Positions 28,112 to 38,869 of a stretch of DNA of 64,000 bases are shown here, piece by piece. A program made the position numbers and the translations under genes. How positions within the stretch are numbered: position 1 is the first letter of the stretch; each line of letters starts with the position of its first letter. The notes below the pieces were generated by a model. The model had not been told where the DNA came from. It was given only the letters and a program-made list of their open reading frames with translations, and made no database searches. This DNA is from Rhodobacterales bacterium (GTDB lineage: Bacteria > Pseudomonadota > Alphaproteobacteria > Rhodobacterales > Rhodobacteraceae), in contig JANOER010000087.1 in assembly GCA_031441285.1 (NCBI GenBank), forward strand, positions 170 through 64,169, in the 5' to 3' direction.

Positions 28112-29863
28112 TTGCAGCCCCCCCGCGCCTACCCCGCCCGCGAGCTTCTTGGCCGGTTCTGGCGCAGCTATCTGCGCCCGCATCTGGCACTGCTGCTGAT
28201 CGCCTTTGCGCTGATGGCGGTCGAAGGGTCGACGCTGGGGTTGCTCAGCTACATGATCAAGCCATTGTTCGATCAGGTCTTTTCGACGGGGGGCCAGGCC
28301 GCGCTGTATTGGGTTGGCAGCGCGATCCTGGGGCTTTTCATCGTGCGGGCCATCACGTCGGTTGCCGGGCGCTGGCTTTTGACGCGGGTGAACCAGACCG
28401 CGGCCGCCGCGATGCAGGCCGACCTTGTGCGGCATCTCTTGACGCTGGACGGCAGTTTCTTCCAGCTGAACGCCCCCGGCACGCTGATCGAGAGGGTTCA
28501 GGGCGACACGATGGGCGCGCAAGGGGCGGCCACGCTGGTCATCACCGGGGTCGGACGCGATATGGTGGCGCTGGCCGGGCTCTTTGTCGTCGCCCTGTCC
28601 ATCGACCCGATCTGGACCGCCGCCGCGATGATCGGGACTCCGCTTTTGCTGATCCCCGCCATCGGCCTGCGCCGCTACATCTTCCGCAAGGCGATGACCT
28701 CGCGGCATCAGGCCGGCCTGCGCGCCACCCGGCTGGACGAGATCTTCCACGGCATTCAGGCGGTCAAGCTGAACCGGATGGAAACCTATCAGGCCGACCG
28801 CTTCCAGCGCATCCTGAACGTGATCGTCCGGGCCGAGGAAAAGTCCGCGCTTGGCCGGGCCGCGATGCCGGGGCTGGTCGACATCGTGACCGGCATCGGA
28901 TTTTTCGCCGTGCTGGTTCTGGGTGGCCGCGAAGTTGCCGAGGGCACCCGCACCACCGGCGAATTCATGGCCTTCTTCACCGCGATGGCGCTGACCTTCC
29001 AGCCAATCCGGCGGCTGGGAGAACTTGCCGGGTTGTGGCAGGTGGCCGAGGCCAGTCTTGAACGGGTGTTCACGCTGTTCGACACCCGCCCATCCGGATC
29101 GCGCCCTGCGGTCAGCCGGGCCGTCCCGGCAACGGGGGCGCCCGAGATCCGCTTTGATGCGGTGACCTTCGCCTACCCCGACCGCCCCGTGCTGAAATCC
29201 CTGTCCTTCGTGGCCGAAGCCGGCCAGGTCACGGCGATTGTCGGCAGTTCGGGCGCGGGCAAGACCACGGTGTTCCAGCTGATCTCGGCGATGGTCGAGC
29301 CGCAATCGGGCCGCATCCTGATCGGCGGCGTCGATGTGCAGGACATGAGCCTTGCCGACCAGCGCGGCCTTCTGGGGTCAGTGTCGCAGGACGCGGCGCT
29401 GTTTGACGAAACCTTGCGCGAAAACCTGACGCTGGGCCGCGAGACCATGGACGGCGCGCGCATTGCCCGCGCGCTGGCCGATGCCGAGGCGGCCGGCTTC
29501 ATCGACAGCCTGCCACAGGGGCTTGAGACGCAGGCCGGGCCGCGCGGCAGCGCGCTTTCGGGCGGGCAGCGGCAACGGATCGCCATTGCGCGCGCGCTGC
29601 TGGCCGATGCGCCGGTGCTGCTGCTGGACGAGGCGACATCGGCGCTGGACACCCGGACCGAAGCCGCCGTTTCGTCTGCACTTGCCAAGGCGCAGTCGGG
29701 CCGCACGACACTGGTGATCGCGCACCGGCTGTCGACAGTCAAACGCGCCGACAAGATCATCGTCCTGGACCAGGGACGCCTGGTCGAAGAGGGCACCCAC
29801 GACGACCTGATGCGCAAGGCCGGGCTTTACGCGCAGTTGCAACAGGCACAACTGCGTGACTGA
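28112..29863 (+). CDS. ABC exporter, fused permease/ATPase (MsbA-like)
   Basis: Six-TM N-terminal domain, Walker A GSSGAGKTT, LSGGQRQRIAIARAL, LLLDEATSALD. TTG is the only start upstream of the conserved N-terminus. Confidence 0.85.
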   Translation: MQPPRAYPARELLGRFWRSYLRPHLALLLIAFALMAVEGSTLGLLSYMIKPLFDQVFSTGGQAALYWVGSAILGLFIVRAITSVAGRWLLTRVNQTAAAAMQADLVRHLLTLDGSFFQLNAPGTLIERVQGDTMGAQGAATLVITGVGRDMVALAGLFVVALSIDPIWTAAAMIGTPLLLIPAIGLRRYIFRKAMTSRHQAGLRATRLDEIFHGIQAVKLNRMETYQADRFQRILNVIVRAEEKSALGRAAMPGLVDIVTGIGFFAVLVLGGREVAEGTRTTGEFMAFFTAMALTFQPIRRLGELAGLWQVAEASLERVFTLFDTRPSGSRPAVSRAVPATGAPEIRFDAVTFAYPDRPVLKSLSFVAEAGQVTAIVGSSGAGKTTVFQLISAMVEPQSGRILIGGVDVQDMSLADQRGLLGSVSQDAALFDETLRENLTLGRETMDGARIARALADAEAAGFIDSLPQGLETQAGPRGSALSGGQRQRIAIARALLADAPVLLLDEATSALDTRTEAAVSSALAKAQSGRTTLVIAHRLSTVKRADKIIVLDQGRLVEEGTHDDLMRKAGLYAQLQQAQLRD

Positions 29864-29902
29864 GGCTTTCCCCCGCCGGCGCCTCCGCCTATCGTAGGCT
29901 TC

Positions 29903-30724
29903 ATGACACAAGGTGAAACTGATCCGGACCGGACCGTCTGGGCCTTGACCGGCAAGGACTCCCTGACCTTCCTGCAAGGGCTGGTCACGAATGATGTCCG
30001 GCCGCTGGACACGGGCGCGGGTCTGGTCTGGACCGCCCTTCTGACCCCGCAAGGCAAGTATCTCGCCGATTTCTTCGTGGCCCGAAGCGATGACGGCACG
30101 CTTCTGATCGACATCGCCACAGCGCTGGCCCCCGCCACCTTGCGGCGGTTGTCGATGTACCGGCTGCGCGCCGATGTCGCGATCACCCCCAGCGCGCTTC
30201 ACGTCCGGCGCGGCCTTGGCCCGGCACCGAAGGGCGCGCTGGCCGACCCGCGCCACCCTGCGTTGGGGTGGCGGGCCTGGACCACCGATGCCCCCGGCAA
30301 CCTGGCCGAGATCGACGCGCCCAGGATCGACTGGGACCAGATCCGCGTCAGCCACCTGATCCCCGAGGGCGGGATCGAGCTGATCCCCGATGACAGTTAC
30401 ATCCTTGAGCACGGCTTCGAACGCCTGCACGGTGTCGACTTCCGCAAGGGCTGCTACGTCGGACAGGAAGTCACCGCCCGGATGAAGCACAAGACCGAGC
30501 TTCGCAAAGGGCTGGTCCGTCTGGCCATCACCGGCGCAGCCCCGGTCGGGACCGAGATCCTGTCTGGCGGCAAGCCGGCCGGCATCCTGTTCACCCAGTC
30601 CGGTGGCTGGGCGCTGTGCTGGCTTCGTCTGGACAAGGCCGCGGGGGCGCTTGCCGCAGGCAGCGCATCGCTGCGGCTTGCCCCGGACGCCCAGACCATT
30701 GAAAGCGGTCCCGGACTGATCTAG
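29903..30724 (+). CDS. ygfZ: folate-binding protein YgfZ (GcvT-like)
   Basis: KGCYVGQEVTARMKHK motif. Confidence 0.75.
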   Translation: MTQGETDPDRTVWALTGKDSLTFLQGLVTNDVRPLDTGAGLVWTALLTPQGKYLADFFVARSDDGTLLIDIATALAPATLRRLSMYRLRADVAITPSALHVRRGLGPAPKGALADPRHPALGWRAWTTDAPGNLAEIDAPRIDWDQIRVSHLIPEGGIELIPDDSYILEHGFERLHGVDFRKGCYVGQEVTARMKHKTELRKGLVRLAITGAAPVGTEILSGGKPAGILFTQSGGWALCWLRLDKAAGALAAGSASLRLAPDAQTIESGPGLI

Positions 30725-30751
30725 CCGGTCAGACCTTCCCCGGCGCTGCGT

Positions 30752-31048
30752 TCAGCGGTCAAGCCCGCGCCAGCGGTGGATCAGCTCGGTCTCCACCGCC
30801 TTGAACACCAGGTAGGACAGCATCGCAAGGACTGCCCGCCCGCCGATCTCGACCGTTTGCCAAAGCCCGCCTTCACGGATCGCAAGCAAGCCATGGCGCG
30901 CCAGGAACGAGGCATTGGCCAACGCCAGATTGACCAATCCGAAGGACAGCCAGGCCAGCACGGTGGCGGCCAGCGCCATCGCAAGCATCAGCGTCAGCCA
31001 GTGATAGCTGGAAGGGTAAAGCCAGCGGCGCATCCTGGTTTCGGTCAT
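30752..31048 (-). CDS. small membrane protein (98 aa, about 3 TM)
   Basis: Hydrophobic segments. Starts 7 nt after the efp stop on the same strand. Confidence 0.5.
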   Translation of the reverse strand: MTETRMRRWLYPSSYHWLTLMLAMALAATVLAWLSFGLVNLALANASFLARHGLLAIREGGLWQTVEIGGRAVLAMLSYLVFKAVETELIHRWRGLDR

Positions 31049-31055
31049 GCCATGA

Positions 31056-31619
31056 TCACGCGCGTTCGCTGTATTCCATCAGTTCGGTGTGCACGACGAT
31101 CAGCTCGCCCGAGTTGACGAAGGGCGGCACCATCACCCGCACACCGTTCTCCAGCACAGCCGGCTTGTAGCTTTTCGACGCCGTCTGGCCATTCTGGACC
31201 ACTTCGGTCTCGACAATGCGACAGGTCACCTTCTGCGGGATCGTCACGTTCAGGGCCTCTTCTCCGAAGTATTGCACCGACACTGTCATTCCGTCCTGCA
31301 GGAACGGACGGCGGTCGCCCAGAAGCTCGGCGTCCAGTTCGATCTGCTCGTAGGTCTCGCTGTCCATGAACACCAGACGCCCGTCGGTTTCATACAGGAA
31401 CTGCTGGTCCTTCATTTCAAGGTCTACCCGCTCGACCTTGTCTTCCGACCGGAAGCGTTCGTTCAGCTTGCGACCGTCGCGGAGGTTCTTCAGCTCGACC
31501 TGGGCAAAGGCCCCGCCCTTGCCCGGCTTCACGTGGTTCACCTTTACCGAGGCCCAAAGACCGCCGTCATGTTCGACGATCGTTCCGGGGCGTATCTCGT
31601 TTCCGTTGATCTTCGGCAT
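31056..31619 (-). CDS. efp: elongation factor P
   Basis: [40 protein letters not shown] 31619 chosen inside ORF 31056..31958. Confidence 0.93.
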   Translation of the reverse strand: MPKINGNEIRPGTIVEHDGGLWASVKVNHVKPGKGGAFAQVELKNLRDGRKLNERFRSEDKVERVDLEMKDQQFLYETDGRLVFMDSETYEQIELDAELLGDRRPFLQDGMTVSVQYFGEEALNVTIPQKVTCRIVETEVVQNGQTASKSYKPAVLENGVRVMVPPFVNSGELIVVHTELMEYSERA

Positions 31620-31833
31620 CGGGTGGAACTTTCCTGCAAAGGTTGAAACCCGGGAGTTGTTTCCCATATCTTGTCTCAGGTCCGGCAGCGAGACCCCTAA
31701 ATGCTGTGGCGGAAATCCGCCGTCATGCAGCAGACGCATATCCGTCATGTCAAAGCTGATTGCCCGAATCGTGATCAAATGGTTACAACCCCTGAACGCT
31801 AGAAAAGACAAGAGCAAGAACAAGGACCGCCGT

Positions 31834-32160
31834 ATGTTTGACTCCATCGACAGCACCGCTTTCAACTTCGAGCAAGGCCAGCGCGCACGCAAACTTTTTG
31901 CCGCCGTGGTTCTGGCCGCGCTTGATGATGCCATCGCTGATGACAAGAAGTATGGCAACGGTCCGGATCAGATCGCCCGCTGGGCGCGGTCGCGCGACGG
32001 ACGTGAAGTGCTGTCCTGCGCCGGGATCGACCCGAACGAACGGGTGGTCAAGGGCCTGATGGAATTCGTGGGCAAAGGCGTGCGGACCAGCGTGGCACTC
32101 AGCCGCGAAGAGTCCGAGCGGCGCCATCTTCTGGAATCGGAACAGGCCGAAGCCGCCTGA
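31834..32160 (+). CDS. hypothetical protein (108 aa)
   Basis: GC3-rich part of ORF 31366..32160, which otherwise runs antisense to efp. ATG 31834 chosen. Confidence 0.5.
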   Translation: MFDSIDSTAFNFEQGQRARKLFAAVVLAALDDAIADDKKYGNGPDQIARWARSRDGREVLSCAGIDPNERVVKGLMEFVGKGVRTSVALSREESERRHLLESEQAEAA

Positions 32161-32184
32161 TCTGTCCACTCCGGCAAAAAGCAC

Positions 32185-32210
32185 AACGCGCCCCACCGGG
32201 CGCGTTTTTC
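32185..32210. terminator. bidirectional rho-independent terminator
   Basis: AACGCGCCC-CACC-GGGCGCGTT followed by TTTCGTTT, with an AAAAA run upstream. Lies between convergent genes. Confidence 0.65.
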
Positions 32211-32243
32211 GTTTCTGCCGCAGATCAGACCAGGGGCAGTTGC

Positions 32244-33128
32244 TCAGTCAAGGGAATGCGCCGCAAGGGCGCGGTTGATCTCGGCCCGCACCAGTTTGCG
32301 GACGCTTTGGGTGATCTTTTCGCCAAGAACCCCCTTTAGCTCCTCACGGATCAGCTCGCGGATGATCTGTTGCAGGGCCGCCTCGTCCAGAACCGTCAGC
32401 GGGTTGCCCTCGCTGTCCGTCAGAAGGTCGGCTGCGGAAAGCTCCAGCACGCCAAGCCTTGGGGCGGCAGAGGCAAGGTCTGCGGAGCGGTCCGCCACCG
32501 GCTGCTCATCGGCCAACCCTGAAGCCTCCGCAACAAGCGGTGCGGCTTCGGCTTCGGCATCATCACTTTCAGGCTGATAGGCTGCGTCGGGCGGATTCTC
32601 TGTCCGCACGCGACCGTTGGCGGCAAAGACAACGATCGGGTCGAGAGCATCATTCTGTTCATCAAGCCAGTCTTCGCCGATATCAGCCCAAGGGGCCTCA
32701 TCGTCGAGAGAGCCGTCGCCATCGGCCGCCTCGACTGGTGCGTCTTGAAAAGGCGGATCGGGCACGACTTCGGCGTCTTCAAGTCCAAGGGCAATCTCGG
32801 CAAGGGGGGGCTCGGGTTCGGCCCAGATTTCGTCTTCCCACTCGGCCTCGAACGCGTCTTTCATGCCATGGTTCAATGACGCAGCCCCGGCCATTTCCGG
32901 CTTGAGAAAAAGAACATCTGCGACCGGTCCGTCGCTGCGGCTTGCAAACATCCGGACCAGCGGATCTGCATCCGACGATTCCGGGCTGACCTGAAGCGCC
33001 GGGGTCAGGACAAGCCGATCCTGCGCAAGGTCGCGCGTTATTGGGCGTGAACGAGTGTCCGCCGACATCAGGCGACGCATGGAAGCGACGACATCACCGA
33101 TCTCGCCGGAACCGATCGTGCCTGGCAT
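32244..33128 (-). CDS. acidic DUF2497-like protein
   Basis: C-terminus IIRELIREELKGVLGEKITQSVRKLVRAEINRAL. Conserved position next to tolC-pcm in alphaproteobacteria (from memory). Confidence 0.6.
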   Translation of the reverse strand: MPGTIGSGEIGDVVASMRRLMSADTRSRPITRDLAQDRLVLTPALQVSPESSDADPLVRMFASRSDGPVADVLFLKPEMAGAASLNHGMKDAFEAEWEDEIWAEPEPPLAEIALGLEDAEVVPDPPFQDAPVEAADGDGSLDDEAPWADIGEDWLDEQNDALDPIVVFAANGRVRTENPPDAAYQPESDDAEAEAAPLVAEASGLADEQPVADRSADLASAAPRLGVLELSAADLLTDSEGNPLTVLDEAALQQIIRELIREELKGVLGEKITQSVRKLVRAEINRALAAHSLD

Positions 33129-33230
33129 CTTCGTCTTTCCCTGCGGTTTACAACTCTAGATCACCTCAGCTTAGCGCGGCAACCCCAAGTCCGGCAACGC
33201 ATTTCTTCCTAGACGTTAGCACCGCCGTCG

Positions 33231-34607
33231 TCATTCGCCTATCTTTTCCAGAATGCGGTCAAGTTTCTTGCCTTGCACCGAGTGCGAAGGCGCTGCCTTC
33301 ACCGAATTGAAATAGGCTTCCGGATCATAAGTCGGGATGCCCAGTTGCAGATGATCAACCGTCAACAATCCCATGGCGGACAGAACCCGGTAGACACCGA
33401 CATAGCGCTGCGCTTCAGCCTGAAGCCGGTCGTTGCGCGCGTCCAGCAGTTCCTGCTCGGCGTCCAGAACGTCCAGTGTCGTCCGGGCACCGACTTCCGC
33501 CTCCTGCCGCACGCCGTCAAAGGCGGTCTGCGCCGCGGTGACCTGGCCTTGCGTCGCCGTGATCGACGCCGCCGATACTTCCAGATTGGCCCAGGAAACG
33601 CCGACGCCCTGCATGACGTTGACCGCTGTCTGCATCAGGGTCGCGTTGGCGCGGTCCTTGCCGGCTATGGCCTGGCGCTGCAGCGCCGAAATCCGTCCGC
33701 CGGCGTAGATCGTCTGGTTCATCGTCAGGCCGATGCTTTTGGTATCCAGCCCATCGTCATTTGTCCGAAAGGTCGCAGCACCGCCGATCGTTGGCAGTCG
33801 GGCCGCCTCTGACAGCGCAAGCTGGAAGTCGGCCAGGGTCACCAGTTGCTGCGCCTGCCGGATCAGCGGGCTGGTGCTTCGCGCGACGCCTTGTGCCTCT
33901 TCCAGGGTCTGCGGCAACGATGGCAAAGCCGGAAGCGCCGCAAGCGACCCCGGATAGGCCCCGGTCGCGGCCTTGTAGGCTTCGCGGGCGACCAGAAGGC
34001 CTCCGTCGGCCGATGCCAGTGAAGCAAGCGATCCGGCAAGCCGCGCCTCGGCAATCGCCACATCGGTCAAGGTGGTTTCCCCGACTTCGAACCGTGCTTG
34101 CGCGGCGCGAAGTTCTTCACCGATCAGCCGAAGGTTGCTTTGCCGCAGTGCCACCACTTCCTGCGCAAGCCTTACATCCACATAGGCCTGCACCGCTGCC
34201 AGAAGAACCTGCTGCTCGACCTCGACCAACGCATAACGCGTGGCCAGCACACTGGCTTTCGCAATCTCGATCCCAAGAAGGTTGCGCCCGAAGTCGAACA
34301 AGGTCATCTCGGCGCTGAGAGCCAGCGAGGCGTTCGTTTCCTCGAACACACCGCCGCCTAAAGTCGTGCCGATGTCCTGCTTGGCCCAGCCGGCCAGAGC
34401 GGTGTAGGCGATCACTGGCCGCAATGAAGACACGGCTGTTGCCACGTCCTCATCCGCCGCTCGCAAGACGGCGCGGTTCTGGTCCAGAAGATTTGAATTG
34501 CGATAGGCTGCAATCAATGCATCTGTCAGCGTTTCGGCACCGGCCAAAGGCGCCGAAAGGGCACCGGCTGTTGCCAGGACCAATACTCGCATCCAAACCC
34601 GCATCAC
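33231..34607 (-). CDS. tolC: TolC family outer membrane channel
   Basis: Signal peptide. Duplicated coiled-coil repeats with LTDALIAAYRNSNLL-type start. Confidence 0.85.
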   Translation of the reverse strand: MMRVWMRVLVLATAGALSAPLAGAETLTDALIAAYRNSNLLDQNRAVLRAADEDVATAVSSLRPVIAYTALAGWAKQDIGTTLGGGVFEETNASLALSAEMTLFDFGRNLLGIEIAKASVLATRYALVEVEQQVLLAAVQAYVDVRLAQEVVALRQSNLRLIGEELRAAQARFEVGETTLTDVAIAEARLAGSLASLASADGGLLVAREAYKAATGAYPGSLAALPALPSLPQTLEEAQGVARSTSPLIRQAQQLVTLADFQLALSEAARLPTIGGAATFRTNDDGLDTKSIGLTMNQTIYAGGRISALQRQAIAGKDRANATLMQTAVNVMQGVGVSWANLEVSAASITATQGQVTAAQTAFDGVRQEAEVGARTTLDVLDAEQELLDARNDRLQAEAQRYVGVYRVLSAMGLLTVDHLQLGIPTYDPEAYFNSVKAAPSHSVQGKKLDRILEKIGE

Positions 34608-34714
34608 GACTCACCTTCCCTTTGCCCGCAAGAATGGCGGGCGATCCGTCCCGTGCACCCGACCGGACCAGTCGGCCAACCCAGGACAACAATCGTCATG
34701 GCCGCCTCGCCCGC

Positions 34715-35368
34715 CTAAAGCGCGAAGGCCCTGGCTTTGCGAAACCCGTCAAGCACCGGCGCCGTCGCATTGAAAACCGGGCGCCAGCTGACCCGACCTT
34801 CGATTTTGAAGCCGATCATCGCGGTGCCAAGCGCGCCGTCCATGAAGATCGCCCCGATCCGTCCGCCGTCCTTCAACTGCGCAAGCAGCGCCTCGGGAAT
34901 TGTCTCGACGCCGCCCTGTACGGTGATCGCGTCATAGGGTGCATGTTTTGCCGCCCCCGCCGCAATCGACCCGGCGACCACCACTGCATTGTCGACGCTT
35001 TCCTCGGACAAGAGGCGCTGCGCCTCGGCGGCAAGCCTTTCGTCGTTCTCGACCGCGATGACGGTGCCGGCAATCCGGGCGATGACCGCCGCCGAGTACC
35101 CAAGGCCACAGCCAAGGTCCAACACCATCTCGCCGGGGCGGATGTCAAGCGCGTCCAGCAGCTTGGCCAGCGTGCGCGCTTCAAGAAGCACCCGCCCGGA
35201 GCCGATCTGAAGGTCCTCGCCCACATAGGCGGCCTCGCGACGGTCGTCAGGCACATAGACCTCGCGCGGGACCGAAAGCATGGCATCGATGATGGGAAAT
35301 TTGGTCACGTCCGAGGGCCGGACCTGCGTGTCCACCATCATAACCCGGCGGTTGGCGAAGTCGCTCAT
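34715..35368 (-). CDS. pcm: protein-L-isoaspartate O-methyltransferase
   Basis: SAM motif VLDLGCGLGYSAAVIA. ATG 35368 chosen inside ORF 34715..35587. Confidence 0.8.
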   Translation of the reverse strand: MSDFANRRVMMVDTQVRPSDVTKFPIIDAMLSVPREVYVPDDRREAAYVGEDLQIGSGRVLLEARTLAKLLDALDIRPGEMVLDLGCGLGYSAAVIARIAGTVIAVENDERLAAEAQRLLSEESVDNAVVVAGSIAAGAAKHAPYDAITVQGGVETIPEALLAQLKDGGRIGAIFMDGALGTAMIGFKIEGRVSWRPVFNATAPVLDGFRKARAFAL

Positions 35369-35484
35369 GCGGATCTCGTAGCTCTGGTTGCCAATCGCAG
35401 ACTCTTGCCACAGTTGCCGAAGCGTCGCAACCGCTGAACATGCCGGTTTCAGGGCAAAGAGGGGTTGGTTCGCGACGGGCAACG

Positions 35485-36459
35485 TCAGTCCACGCCATCC
35501 GCAGTGGGCGGCTTCGCTCCGCCAGCTGCTGCCAGTTCGCCCAGCTTGCGGAACCTGCCGGATACCTGGGTCAGACGGCCACGCCATTCGGCGTTCGGTT
35601 CTTGCCCCGCTGTTTCTGCGAAGAAGACCTGCAAGAGACAGGCCAGCGCGAAAGGCTCGATCACCGCGGCTTTCACCGCCCAGGCAAAGACCAGCGCAAA
35701 AACGAAGAGCCCGCCGCTGCCATCGCCCGGCAACAGCCAGACCACCGCGCCGGCCGGGGCCAGCATCGCAAGGAAGACCAGTCCTGCCAGCACCCAGGTG
35801 ATCAGCGTCAGCCAGGCTGCAGCCACCAGCATGGCCCGGGCGTTCTGGGCATACAGCACCAGCCCGTCATGCGCCGCCTCCCACGCGTTGTTCGACCTTG
35901 TGCGAATCGAGTGGCCAAGGATCACCTCGTCGATCATCCCGACCGCCAGCCGAAGATAGGCGCGCATCATCCCCATCAGCCGGTCAAGCCCGGGGATCGG
36001 CAGCAGTGACATCAGCCCCTGCGCCATCCCGGTGATCACCGCGATCACCCCCTGGATCAGACGGTCCAGCGCGAAAAGAGCCGAGGCCTGGCCGAAGCGG
36101 TCCGCGACGACCGACCGCCCATAGGCGATCTGGCCCTGCCCGCCGGGGATCGCCCTGCCGTCCAGAAGTTCGACCATCACGGCGATATGCCCGGCCTTGA
36201 CCAGGTAAAGAATGTAGTCGCGGAAGAAGAAGATTGCCCCGGCGGTCAGGCCAAACCCGGCCGCTCCGCCCCAGAAGGTGCTGGTGTCCTGAAACGGGTC
36301 ATCGCCAAGCACCCCGACGCCGTAGCCGACCCCTGCCCCGGCGCCCGTCATCAGGATCAACGCAGCACTGATCCCGAAATAGACCACCACCCGCAGAAGA
36401 ATGAATGGCGCAGTGCGCACCATCAGCCCCAAGGCTTTGGAAATGCTGAAATCCCACAT
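35485..36459 (-). CDS. hypothetical polytopic membrane protein
   Basis: Several long hydrophobic segments. Starts 59 nt downstream of the dxs stop on the same strand. Confidence 0.55.
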   Translation of the reverse strand: MWDFSISKALGLMVRTAPFILLRVVVYFGISAALILMTGAGAGVGYGVGVLGDDPFQDTSTFWGGAAGFGLTAGAIFFFRDYILYLVKAGHIAVMVELLDGRAIPGGQGQIAYGRSVVADRFGQASALFALDRLIQGVIAVITGMAQGLMSLLPIPGLDRLMGMMRAYLRLAVGMIDEVILGHSIRTRSNNAWEAAHDGLVLYAQNARAMLVAAAWLTLITWVLAGLVFLAMLAPAGAVVWLLPGDGSGGLFVFALVFAWAVKAAVIEPFALACLLQVFFAETAGQEPNAEWRGRLTQVSGRFRKLGELAAAGGAKPPTADGVD

Positions 36460-36518
36460 TGTCGAAATCCCGAGTCACGTGTCAAAACGGTGACGCGGCG
36501 CGGGCCGGAAAGCAAGCC

Positions 36519-38456
36519 TCAGAACAGCCTTGGACGGGCCATTGGCACCACGATTGGTTCCAGTTTTGCCGACAATCCGCGCAAGGTTGCCGCAATGTCC
36601 GCAGCACGAAGACCGGCCTCGGCGTACATCTCGGCGGGGCTGGCCTGGTCGATGAACCGATCGGGCAAGGTCAGCGTGCGAATCAGCCGCCCCCGGTCCA
36701 GCCCGCCCGAGCCGGCAAGGTAGTGCAGCACCTGCGCGCCGAACCCGCCGGGCGCGCCCTGCTCCAGCGTGACCAGCGCGCCGTGCTCGGCCAAGAGCCG
36801 GTCGATCAGACCGGTGTCCAGCGGTTTGGCAAAGCGCGCATCGGCGACGGTAATGCTGATGCCGTCTTCCGCCAGCTGGTCCGCCGCCAGCAGCGCCTCG
36901 GACAGATGCGCCCCGAAGGACAGCAGGGCAACGCCCTCGCCCTGCCGCACGATGCGGCCGCGGCCGATCTCCAGCACCTCGCCGATGGCGGGCAGCTCGA
37001 CACCCGCCCCCTCGCCGCGCGGATAGCGAAAGGCGATCGGCCCCTGATCATGCGCGGCGGCAGTGGCCATCATGTGGACCAGCTCGGCCTCGTCGCCGGC
37101 GGCCATCACGGTCATGTTCGGCAGGCTGGCAAGAAAGCCCACGTCGAAGGCCCCGGCATGGGTCGCCCCGTCCTGTCCCACCAGCCCGGCGCGGTCGATG
37201 GCAAAGCGGACGGGCAGGTTCTGCAAGGCTACGTCATGCACGATCTGGTCATAGCCGCGTTGCAGGAAGCTGGAGTAGATCGCGCAGAAGGGCCGCATGC
37301 CCGAGGCGGCCAGACCGGCGGCGAAAGTCACGCCATGCTGTTCGGCGATGCCCACATCGAAGACCCGCGCCGGAAACCGGCGTTGCAGGATGTCGAGCCC
37401 GGTCCCGCCGGGCATCGCGGCGGTGATCGCGACGATCCGCGGATCGCGGGCGGCCATCGCGGTCAGCCGTTCGCCAAAGACCTGCGTATAGCTTGGCGCG
37501 TTCGACTTCGACTTGACCTGCGCGCCGGTTGTCACGTCGAACTTGGCCACCCCGTGATACTTGTCATCCGCTCCCTCGGCAGGGGCATAGCCCTTGCCCT
37601 TGACCGTCACGCAATGGATCAGCACCGGCCCCGACGCCCGCGCCTTCGCCGCGCGCAGCGTCGCCAGAAGCTGGCCCATGTCGTGGCCGTCGATCGGGCC
37701 GATGTATTCGAAGCCGAATTCCTCGAACAGCGTCCCGCCTCCGGGCAGGCCGGTGACCAAAGCCCGCGCCCGCCGCGCACCGTCGCGCACCGGGCCGGGC
37801 AGCGCCGCCTCGATCCCCTCGGCCGCGGCCTTCAGCACCGCCAGCGGGCCCTTGTCGGCGATCGTGTTCAGGTAGCTGGACATCGCCCCCACCGGCGGGG
37901 CGATCGACATGTCGTTGTCGTTGAGGATGACGAACAGGCGCTCCTTCAGGTGGCCTGCGTGGTTCATCGCCTCATAGGCCATGCCGGCGGTGATCGCTCC
38001 GTCGCCGATGACCGCGATGGTATCGCCGACCGGCATCCCCATCTGCCGCCCGACCGCAAACCCCAGTGCTGCGCTGATCGAGGTCGAGGAATGGGCCGCT
38101 CCGAACGGGTCGTAGTCGGACTCGGACCGCTTGGTGAAGCCGGACAGGCCGCCCTTCTGGCGCAAGGTGCCCATCCGGTCGCGCCGCCCGGTGATGATCT
38201 TGTGCGGATAGCACTGGTGGCCGACGTCCCAGATCAGCTTGTCCATCGGCGTGTTGAACACGGCATGGATCGCGACGGTCAGTTCCACCACGCCAAGGGA
38301 CGAGCCAAGATGCCCGCCGGTGCGGCTGACCGCTTCGATGGTCTCGCGCCGCAGTTCACCGGCGACAAGGCCAAGCTCGGCATCGGTCAGGGCCTTGAGG
38401 TCGGCCGGGCTGGCCACGCGGTCCAGCGTCGGGGTGCGGCTTGGGCTGTCGTCCAT
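36519..38456 (-). CDS. dxs: 1-deoxy-D-xylulose-5-phosphate synthase (photosynthesis-cluster copy)
   Basis: [17 protein letters not shown] and TPP motif [18 protein letters not shown] 38456 is preceded by AAGGAGG. Confidence 0.93.
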   Translation of the reverse strand: MDDSPSRTPTLDRVASPADLKALTDAELGLVAGELRRETIEAVSRTGGHLGSSLGVVELTVAIHAVFNTPMDKLIWDVGHQCYPHKIITGRRDRMGTLRQKGGLSGFTKRSESDYDPFGAAHSSTSISAALGFAVGRQMGMPVGDTIAVIGDGAITAGMAYEAMNHAGHLKERLFVILNDNDMSIAPPVGAMSSYLNTIADKGPLAVLKAAAEGIEAALPGPVRDGARRARALVTGLPGGGTLFEEFGFEYIGPIDGHDMGQLLATLRAAKARASGPVLIHCVTVKGKGYAPAEGADDKYHGVAKFDVTTGAQVKSKSNAPSYTQVFGERLTAMAARDPRIVAITAAMPGGTGLDILQRRFPARVFDVGIAEQHGVTFAAGLAASGMRPFCAIYSSFLQRGYDQIVHDVALQNLPVRFAIDRAGLVGQDGATHAGAFDVGFLASLPNMTVMAAGDEAELVHMMATAAAHDQGPIAFRYPRGEGAGVELPAIGEVLEIGRGRIVRQGEGVALLSFGAHLSEALLAADQLAEDGISITVADARFAKPLDTGLIDRLLAEHGALVTLEQGAPGGFGAQVLHYLAGSGGLDRGRLIRTLTLPDRFIDQASPAEMYAEAGLRAADIAATLRGLSAKLEPIVVPMARPRLF

Positions 38457-38470
38457 GGCGGCCTCCTTGA

Positions 38471-38575
38471 AAAAGCGCCGTGTGGAAGTGTCCCACACGG
38501 CACCAGGTCCCTGTCGCCGACAGGACGGGAACCGGGCAGTGATTGCGCCCCGGTTCCGGGCTGGCAGACGCCCGG
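38471..38575 (-). terminator. puf operon 3' UTR hairpin cluster including an intrinsic terminator
   Basis: Four stems: 38477-38501 (9 bp, followed on the minus strand by GC-TTTTT), 38507-38526, 38528-38557 (9 bp), and 38556-38575 (6 bp). Confidence 0.55.
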
Positions 38576-38616
38576 ACTATCACGGGACGGGCGATCCGCA
38601 GCCCCGCCCGGTATCG

Positions 38617-38859
38617 TCAGGCCAGGCCCGTTGCCACAGATGTCACCGTTGCCGGCGCAAGTCTGCTCCAGGTGTTCGGGTCCGGCGTCTGGCGGCTTTC
38701 CTCGGGCAGAAGAGTGCCCACGAACCAGATCAGGGTCAGCACGAGGCCGAAGCCGATCACCAGGGCTGCGGCATAGCCCGCGCCGCGCAGCATCTGCCCG
38801 GTGATCCAGGTCGAAAGCTGCGCCCGGCGCGAGATCGAGAAGGTGTGTTCGTCAGACAT
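38617..38859 (-). CDS. pufX: PufX (RC-LH1 core complex protein)
   Basis: Position directly after pufM. Single TM. QMLRGAGYAA..LLPEE resembles R. sphaeroides PufX QMMKGAGWAG..MLPIQ. Confidence 0.8.
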   Translation of the reverse strand: MSDEHTFSISRRAQLSTWITGQMLRGAGYAAALVIGFGLVLTLIWFVGTLLPEESRQTPDPNTWSRLAPATVTSVATGLA

Positions 38860-38869
38860 CGCGGTCTCC

